Shown piece after piece: positions 57,346 to 64,000 of a stretch of 64,000 nt of DNA. The stretch is taken from the NCBI GenBank assembly GCA_015488295.1, contig WFOC01000058.1, forward strand, positions 22,507-86,506. Direction: 5' to 3'. The DNA comes from Gammaproteobacteria bacterium. Its GTDB lineage: Bacteria > Pseudomonadota > Gammaproteobacteria > SZUA-229. The translations under genes and the position numbers were made by a program. Numbering within the stretch: position 1 is the stretch's first letter; every line of letters begins with the position of its first letter. The notes under the pieces are model-generated. The model was not told where the DNA came from, did not search any database, and saw only the letters and a list, made by a program, of their open reading frames with translations.

Positions 57346-58470
57346 ATGTCTGAAATAAATGTTTTACAATTTATAACGCCAACAGGATTTTATGGCGCAG
57401 AGCGCTGGATACTGGCGCTGAACAATAATCTCGACCCTGAAAAAGTTCGCTCCGACCTGGTGGTGACCACGGAGCAGGGCAAGCGCCCCGAAATATTAAA
57501 TCATTTTAATGCTGCGGCATGTCAGTCCTTTGAAATTGAAATGAAAGCACGCTTCAGTATGGCGGCAATCCGTTCGCTGGTTGCACTGATTAAGCAGCGA
57601 GAAATAAAGATCATTCATACGCATGGCTACAAGTCGGACATTATGGGTCTGGTTGCGGCGCGCATGGCAGGCATAAAAGCCATATCGACACCGCATGGTT
57701 TTGGTGAGCCATCCGACATGAAGCTGAAAGCCTTTATCGCACTTGGAAAGTTTACCCTGCGTTTCTGTGATCGAGTGGTGCCATTGTCTGAGCAGTTAGT
57801 AGATGAAGTGGCTGCCGCCGGTGTGGCGCAGAAAAAAATTCACTTTATTCGTAACGCGGTGGATTTAAAAGAAGTTGAAAGTTATCGAATAAAAAAGCAG
57901 CAGGAAGAAGCCGGTGGAAAGTTAAGGGTTGGTTATATCGGCCAGATGATTCCGCGAAAAAAAATTGATCACATACTGAATATTTTTAATCAGATCTGGC
58001 AACAGGATAATAATGTCGAGCTTCAATTGCTGGGTGATGGCCAGAGTCGAGCCGAGATGGAAGCGCTGGCAAAGACCCTGCCCTGTGCAGAAGCCATTCA
58101 TTTTCTTGGTTTCAGAAATGACCGTCTGGCGTTGCTGAGCAAGTTTGACCTGTTTGTCATGACCTCGTCTGATGAAGGTATTCCACGCTGCCTGATGGAA
58201 GCGATAGCCATGGAAGTACCGGTGGCTGCGTATGATATTGCAGGTATCGATCAGCTGGTGGTGCATGAGCAAACAGGCCTGCTGGCGAAATATGGTGATC
58301 AGCAGACATTGAAAGATTATTGGCTAAAATTACTGACAGATAAAACACTGGCAAAAACGCTGGCACAACAGGGCAGGAAATTTGTGAATGAACGTTACTC
58401 CGGACAGCGCATGGCTGAAGAATATACTGCCCTGTACCAGAGCCTTGTCTCCGATGGGCGGAGTGATTGA
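57346..58470 (+). CDS. Family 4 (GT-B) glycosyltransferase
   Basis: HTHGYKS N-domain and C-domain SSDEGIPRCLMEAIAMEVPV (EX7E). Confidence 0.8.
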   Translation: MSEINVLQFITPTGFYGAERWILALNNNLDPEKVRSDLVVTTEQGKRPEILNHFNAAACQSFEIEMKARFSMAAIRSLVALIKQREIKIIHTHGYKSDIMGLVAARMAGIKAISTPHGFGEPSDMKLKAFIALGKFTLRFCDRVVPLSEQLVDEVAAAGVAQKKIHFIRNAVDLKEVESYRIKKQQEEAGGKLRVGYIGQMIPRKKIDHILNIFNQIWQQDNNVELQLLGDGQSRAEMEALAKTLPCAEAIHFLGFRNDRLALLSKFDLFVMTSSDEGIPRCLMEAIAMEVPVAAYDIAGIDQLVVHEQTGLLAKYGDQQTLKDYWLKLLTDKTLAKTLAQQGRKFVNERYSGQRMAEEYTALYQSLVSDGRSD

Positions 58471-58473
58471 TTT

Positions 58474-60354
58474 ATGTGTGGCATAGCCGGCTTTACTCGC
58501 TTCTCTGATGCTACGGGTGATGTTTCCAGTCTGCTCAAAATGGGTGACCGTATCGCGCACCGCGGCCCGGATGCGCATGGCGAATATCTGGATGAAGGTG
58601 TTGGCCTGTGTCATCGACGCTTGAGTATTATCGATCTGTCGAGCGCCGGCAATCAGCCGATGTTTTCTGACGATGATAATCTGGTGATTGTTTTTAATGG
58701 CGAGATCTATAACTTTCCGGCGTTGAGAAAAGACCTTGAGCAGGCCGGTTATGCGTTTAAAACAAAAACAGACACCGAAGTTATTCTGGCGCTGTACCAG
58801 CGTGAAGGAGCGCGCTGCCTGGACAAGCTGTTTGGCATGTTTGCCATTGCTATCTGGGACAAACAAAAACAGGAGCTGTTTCTGGCCCGGGACCGGCTTG
58901 GTAAAAAACCGCTTTATTTTTATCGTGATGAAAAACGCTTCATCTTTGCTTCAGAAATAAAAGCCATTCTGGAAATCGAAAATGTGCGTAAGGAAATTCG
59001 CCATGATGCCATTTACGATTTTTTTGTGTATCAATATGTACCCGAGGCAAAGTCGATTTTTAAAAACATCGACAAGCTCAGGCCCGGGCACTATCTCATT
59101 ATCAGTAAAGACCGGGTGACAGAAAAGCAATACTGGGATGTGAGTTTCAGGCAGCAGAGTACAGCCAGTGAAGAAGAAATTGCTGATGGTCTGCTCGACG
59201 TGATTGATACCTGCACTCGCCAGCGCATGATCAGTGATGTACCGCTGGGTGCGTTTTTGAGTGGTGGCGTGGATTCCAGTGGAGTGGTTGCGTTGATGGC
59301 CAATAACAGCGAGAAGCCGGTCGTTACCTGTTCTATCGGCTTTGATTCAAAAAAATATGATGAAATACAATATGCCCGGCAGGTTGCCGAGCAATATCAC
59401 ACCACGCATCATGAGTTGACAGTTAAGGAAAATATTCTTGAGCACCTGGAAAAGATTGTTGGTTTTTTTGATGAGCCATTTGCTGACCAGTCACTGGTGC
59501 CGACCTATTTTGTTTCTCAGCTGGCAAAAACAAAAGTAACGGTGGCGCTGGCCGGTGATGGCGGTGATGAAAATTTTGCCGGTTATAGCAAGTACAGCGT
59601 GGATCAGATTGAAAACAATCTGCGCAACAAGGTGCCGGGCTTTATCCGGGAAAACGTGTTTCCGGCCTTTGTTCGTCCGCTGCAAAAAAGTAATGTGCGT
59701 ACTTTAAACCGCGCCGCGACATTACTGGAAGCAATGAGTAAAACGCCGGCGGAAGGTTTTTATCTGACCAATACCTTCATGACGGATGCAATGTGGGATC
59801 GGCTGGCAAATGATGAGTTGAAGCGGTCGCTGGGCGGCTATCATCCGTCGGCTATAAGCACGCAGTTTTATAATGATGCCGATGCTGAGGATCATTTGTC
59901 ACGCGTGCTGTACACCGATATCAAAACCTATCTGGTCGGTGACATTCTGGTGAAGGTTGATCGTATGAGCATGGCCAATTCACTGGAGGTGCGAGCGCCG
60001 ATTCTGGATCACCGGGTTGTAGAATATGCGGCCAGCATTCCTTCTTCATTAAAGCTGCAGCAAAAAGAGAAAAAACATATATTAAAAAAAGCGTTTAGTC
60101 GCCTGCTGACACCGGATATTCTGTATCGCAAAAAAATGGGTTTTTCTGTGCCGCTGGCGCAGTGGTTGAGAAATGAACTTAAAGCCACGGCTGAAGAAAA
60201 GCTGTTGCAGCCGGAGAATGGCCTGTCTCATTATTTCAGGCCGGAAGAGATAAAAACAATCTGGCTGGAGCATCAACAGGGCATCAAGGATCATTCGGCT
60301 GCTTTGTGGAGCCTGCTGATGTTCGAACTTTGGTGGCAGAGATACATTGCCTGA
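58474..60354 (+). CDS. Asparagine synthase-type glutamine amidotransferase (AsnB family, exosortase-locus type)
   Basis: MCGIAGF Ntn nucleophile. PP-loop SGGVDSS. 626 aa. Confidence 0.9.
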   Translation: MCGIAGFTRFSDATGDVSSLLKMGDRIAHRGPDAHGEYLDEGVGLCHRRLSIIDLSSAGNQPMFSDDDNLVIVFNGEIYNFPALRKDLEQAGYAFKTKTDTEVILALYQREGARCLDKLFGMFAIAIWDKQKQELFLARDRLGKKPLYFYRDEKRFIFASEIKAILEIENVRKEIRHDAIYDFFVYQYVPEAKSIFKNIDKLRPGHYLIISKDRVTEKQYWDVSFRQQSTASEEEIADGLLDVIDTCTRQRMISDVPLGAFLSGGVDSSGVVALMANNSEKPVVTCSIGFDSKKYDEIQYARQVAEQYHTTHHELTVKENILEHLEKIVGFFDEPFADQSLVPTYFVSQLAKTKVTVALAGDGGDENFAGYSKYSVDQIENNLRNKVPGFIRENVFPAFVRPLQKSNVRTLNRAATLLEAMSKTPAEGFYLTNTFMTDAMWDRLANDELKRSLGGYHPSAISTQFYNDADAEDHLSRVLYTDIKTYLVGDILVKVDRMSMANSLEVRAPILDHRVVEYAASIPSSLKLQQKEKKHILKKAFSRLLTPDILYRKKMGFSVPLAQWLRNELKATAEEKLLQPENGLSHYFRPEEIKTIWLEHQQGIKDHSAALWSLLMFELWWQRYIA

Positions 60355-60360
60355 GTTGCC

Positions 60361-61476
60361 ATGAAAGACTCCCGAATAAAAATTTTGCATGTAACTTTCA
60401 ATATGGGCATCGGTGGCACCGAGCAGGTTATCCGGCAGATTATTGAAAACTCGGATGCAGAAAAATTTGCACACGAAATATTGTGTATAGACGGTGAGGT
60501 TGGCCCGCTGGGACGTGCGCTGGCTGAAAAAGGTATTCATGTAGCCTGCACGCAACGGCAGGCGGGTACAGATTTCAAGCTGATCCGTTTTATCCGGCGG
60601 CTGATAAAGAGCCGTGATGTTGATGTTCTGCACTGTCATCAATACACGCCTTATTTTTATGGTGTGCTGGGTGCGGCCGGTAAACGTACCCGGGTTATTT
60701 TTACCGAGCACGGCAGGTTTTATCCAGACCGGCATCATTTCAAGCGCCGCTTTATCAACCCTTTGCTGGTAATGCTGACTCGGCATATCACTGCCATTTC
60801 AAAATCAACAGCTGATGCAGTGGCCGAATATGAGTATATGCCGCGTGATAAAATTGACGTGATTTATAATGGTATTCGTGACTTGCAGGCTGAAGCGCAG
60901 GACAGGTCAGTGCTTTTGAAGGCGCTGGGACTTGATGCGCAGTATCGCTATATTGGCACTATTTCACGGCTGGAGCCAATAAAAAATCAGGCGATGATGA
61001 TAAAGGCGTTTCAGCAGTCTAAACTGAAAGTGCCTGAACTCAAGCTGGTTTTGATTGGTGACGGTGCCATAAAAAATGAATTGATGGTGCTGGCAAAGTC
61101 ACTGGGTGTCGAACAGGATGTAATTTTTACCGGGTTTATTGATAACCCGCAAAGGTTTCTCGGGCTTTTTGAAATTTTTCTGTTGTCCTCTTTTAGCGAA
61201 GGCACCTCGATGACTTTGCTGGAAGCCATGTCATTGTCACGACCATGTGTTGCAACCAGCGTTGGTGGTAATCCCGAAATTGTTGTCGACCATGAAACAG
61301 GTCGGCTGGTAGCCAGCGATAATGCGGCACTTTTTTCTGAAGCAGTTACCGGTCTGCTGCTGGATGATGATTTACGAAAAACTTACGGGGCAGCAGGACG
61401 CGCACGGTTTGTGCAGGCGTTTACAGCCGAGCACATGATTAAGTGCTATCACTCATTATATGAAGGTACCAGGTAA
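60361..61476 (+). CDS. Family 4 (GT-B) glycosyltransferase
   Basis: ILHVTFNMGIGGTE N-terminus and C-domain SFSEGTSMTLLEAMSLSRPCV (EX7E). Confidence 0.8.
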   Translation: MKDSRIKILHVTFNMGIGGTEQVIRQIIENSDAEKFAHEILCIDGEVGPLGRALAEKGIHVACTQRQAGTDFKLIRFIRRLIKSRDVDVLHCHQYTPYFYGVLGAAGKRTRVIFTEHGRFYPDRHHFKRRFINPLLVMLTRHITAISKSTADAVAEYEYMPRDKIDVIYNGIRDLQAEAQDRSVLLKALGLDAQYRYIGTISRLEPIKNQAMMIKAFQQSKLKVPELKLVLIGDGAIKNELMVLAKSLGVEQDVIFTGFIDNPQRFLGLFEIFLLSSFSEGTSMTLLEAMSLSRPCVATSVGGNPEIVVDHETGRLVASDNAALFSEAVTGLLLDDDLRKTYGAAGRARFVQAFTAEHMIKCYHSLYEGTR

Positions 61477-61478
61477 CG

Positions 61479-62999
61479 ATGTCGACAGCAAAAATTAGTA
61501 GGAATGTGTTTGCCAATATTACGGGCATGATGGCTCAGATTATTATTGCTTTCATCCTGTCACCTTTTCTGGTGCATACCCTGGGTGATACAAAATATGG
61601 TATCTGGACGATAGCCGTTGCCTTCACCGGTTATATGAATCTGCTGGATCTTGGTCTGACCTCGGCGGTTAATAAATATGTCGCAAAGTACAGCAGCCTG
61701 AAAGACAATAAAAATGTCAATGCAATTGTTTCGACCTCTTTTGCCCTGTTCTTTTTTATGGGGTTGATTATTGTGCTGGTCAGTCCGTTTATGGCGGATT
61801 TTATCGTCAGTATTATTAATATTGATCAGTCGCTTACCAATGTGGTTCATCTGCTGATTATTATCGTGTCTTTTGATATTGCGATATTTGTTATCAGTGG
61901 TTTGTTCAAAGGCATCTTTGGCGGTTTCCAGCATTATTCGGTTATTAATTTTACGCAGGTTATTTCGGCGCTTTACAAGGCCTTGATGTTTTATTACTTC
62001 CTTTCTGAGGGGCATGACCTGATTGCTATGGGATTGATTTCCATATCGGCGAATATCATGACCATCATTATTTTTTATTCTTTGTTGAAGAAAAACTATC
62101 CGCAGGTTTCAATCGAGTTTTCCGGGATAAGCCGGCCCAGTGCATCGAAGATTTTGCATTACAGTAAATTTACTTTTATTGCGATGATGGCGAACCAGCT
62201 GATTTATTACAGTGATGCGTTTGTGATTGGATATTTTATGAGTGCAGCCGCGGTAACTTATTACAGTATTCCCTGGACGCTGGCTGAGTACACCAAGAAG
62301 ATTTCTATGGCTATCAGCCAGACCTATACGCCGGCGGTGAGTGAGATAGATGCCAGGGGTGATATGGAGCACATAAAATCACTGTACCTGTCAGGGACAA
62401 AGTACATGATTATCATCTCCAACCTGCTGGCTATTGGCATGATCGTACTGGGTGGGACGTTTATTGCTTTATGGATGGGAGAGAAATACAAGGAGCTTTG
62501 TGAGACGGTTTTGATTATTCTTTTTGTAAACCAGATTTTTCAGGGGCCGCAGCAGATAAGTTATTCCATTCTTCAGGGGATGGCCAAACAAAAATATTAT
62601 TCATATATAAGTATGGGCGTTTCAGTTGTTAATCTGATACTGAGTATTTTGCTGGTGCAGAAGTGGGGTATTGTCGGCGTGGCACTGGGGGCGGCAATTC
62701 CGCAGATATTGTTCCATGGTTTATATGTTCCATGGTCAACGCTGAAAACAATTAATCTTTCCGCCAGGGTTTACCTGAAAAAAACATATATACCTTCAAT
62801 CATTCCTTCGATTGTTCTCTTTATATCGCTGTACCTTGTGTCGGTATATTTTTATCCGGACAGTTATCTGAAATTGCTAACGTCGGCCTTTTTGTGCTCA
62901 TTGGTTTATATGGTTTTTGTGTATATCTTCATGTTTGACAAGAGTGAAAAATCGGCATCTATCCGATTCATAAGGAAGCGCCTGAAGCTTGCTGTCTGA
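61479..62999 (+). CDS. Wzx-type oligosaccharide flippase (MOP superfamily)
   Basis: 506 aa with about 12-14 TM helices. N-terminus NVFANITGMMAQIIIAFILSPFLVHTLGDTKYGIW is typical of polysaccharide biosynthesis flippases. Confidence 0.8.
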   Translation: MSTAKISRNVFANITGMMAQIIIAFILSPFLVHTLGDTKYGIWTIAVAFTGYMNLLDLGLTSAVNKYVAKYSSLKDNKNVNAIVSTSFALFFFMGLIIVLVSPFMADFIVSIINIDQSLTNVVHLLIIIVSFDIAIFVISGLFKGIFGGFQHYSVINFTQVISALYKALMFYYFLSEGHDLIAMGLISISANIMTIIIFYSLLKKNYPQVSIEFSGISRPSASKILHYSKFTFIAMMANQLIYYSDAFVIGYFMSAAAVTYYSIPWTLAEYTKKISMAISQTYTPAVSEIDARGDMEHIKSLYLSGTKYMIIISNLLAIGMIVLGGTFIALWMGEKYKELCETVLIILFVNQIFQGPQQISYSILQGMAKQKYYSYISMGVSVVNLILSILLVQKWGIVGVALGAAIPQILFHGLYVPWSTLKTINLSARVYLKKTYIPSIIPSIVLFISLYLVSVYFYPDSYLKLLTSAFLCSLVYMVFVYIFMFDKSEKSASIRFIRKRLKLAV

Positions 63000-63471
63000 G
63001 TATGTAGATTATTACCTTTGCGTTTGCCTCCTGGTGGTCAGGATAGAGTAGCAGGCGGGGGTGCGGGTCGGATGGGTGCCGTAAAAGTGGAATGGGTATA
63101 AGTTTTCTTTATGATGCTTCGTAATAGCAGCATCTGGCGCACTGGGCGATAAATCGATTGTATTTCAGATTCTGTTGAACATCCTGCTATAATAGATGCA
63201 AGGAGCAACCAGATATGCTTTTGGGCGTTAATTCATAACGAGCCATAAAATTACACTACAGCATGTAGTCATACAGGCGCATATCTGTTTTTTTTCTACA
63301 ATGATGTGGAAAGGTTATAACCTGTTCAGGTTGCCTTCTCAGTAATTACTGAAATCAAATGAAACTAAATGATATTAATTAAGTGTTTATTTTTTATGTG
63401 AATATCATGGTCATAGATAATTGAATTTATAGACTGGATATCGAGCGATATACAACGACGAGGACGAAATT

Positions 63472-64000
63472 ATGACCAGGTTTAATAAACTGAAATTTGG
63501 TACATTAGCTTATTTGCTTACTTTTAATTCTTATGCGCAGATAATCTTTGAGACGGATTTTGCTAATGACGGCTCTTTTTATGCAACTCAGCAGCAGTCT
63601 TCCTGGACAGAGGTGGGCGCGAACAAACCCACGGGTTTTGATGGAGCATTGATTGAGGGTAATGGTTACATCAAAGGCATGCCAGGAGAAGGGGTCGGCG
63701 GTTCCGTTGCCCTCAAGTTTATGTGGGACCCGGCATTAGGGCAGCCGGTTTCACAGCTGTACAAGCATCTTACCGGTGACGAGACTACGGGCTATGATGA
63801 AATATACATCCGCTACCGGGTGAGGCTACCGAATAATTTTAAAGTGGGTATTCCGGGCACAGATGATATTCCTTACTGGAAATGGGGTCGCCTGTGGCAG
63901 AATACCGGTGTTGCTCCCGGGCAGAAATGGACCGAGAACCGGGCTGACTCTTTCTACGCCGTCTGGAACTATGGTGGCACGGATACCTGGGGCGTTGATG
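63472..64000 (+). CDS. Secreted protein of unknown function, possibly a ConA-like or polysaccharide-lyase-like fold (3' end outside window)
   Basis: Not in the ORF track because no stop is reached. GAGGA RBS. Signal peptide MTRFNKLKFGTLAYLLTFNSYA|QI. The frame is open for 176 codons to the window edge (IIFETDFANDG...YIRYRVRLPNNF...YWKWGRLW). The functional guess is weak. Confidence 0.4.
   Translation, partial: MTRFNKLKFGTLAYLLTFNSYAQIIFETDFANDGSFYATQQQSSWTEVGANKPTGFDGALIEGNGYIKGMPGEGVGGSVALKFMWDPALGQPVSQLYKHLTGDETTGYDEIYIRYRVRLPNNFKVGIPGTDDIPYWKWGRLWQNTGVAPGQKWTENRADSFYAVWNYGGTDTWGVD

Overview
This looks like a chromosomal segment of a Gammaproteobacterium. No rRNA, CRISPR array or prophage was seen.

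Left ~37 kb: mostly core genes.
- ubiJ-ubiB, a multidomain protease, and uvrD.
- A TRAP transporter whose binding-protein gene is separated from its permease genes.
- plsB, thrB/polA, an acetylornithine-transcarbamylase-like gene, and engB divergent from cytochrome c4.
- A complete ccmABCDEFGHI-dsbA cluster.
- An LPP20 lipoprotein next to a transglutaminase-like secreted protein, and a class II aldolase fused to a Dabb domain.

Accessory-looking elements embedded in that core:
- A single RAYT-type HUH transposase bracketed by inverted 17-bp REP-like sequences.
- A DUF748/AsmA-like giant that is translationally coupled to plsB.
- A pair of PEP-CTERM-type surface proteins behind a perfect sigma-54 promoter.
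- A long 29-bp-arm inverted repeat, a 13-nt tandem repeat, and a candidate small RNA.

Right of a tRNA-Arg(CCG) at 37.0 kb: a ~27 kb PEP-CTERM/exosortase-type exopolysaccharide locus.
- ExeA-like ATPase, VanZ-like fusion, priming sugar transferase, FN3 lipoprotein and a third PEP-CTERM substrate.
- prsK-prsR-prsT, a chain-length determinant with a tyrosine kinase, a deacetylase, an acetyltransferase and a FemAB-like protein.
- Two GT2 and two GT4 glycosyltransferases, an AsnB-type amidotransferase and a Wzx flippase.

The most interesting point: within the window this locus has no exosortase, no Wza-type exporter and no Wzy polymerase. Its putative substrates and sigma-54 promoters are scattered over about 28 kb.

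All calls come from reading the translated ORFs and the DNA by eye. No searches were run.
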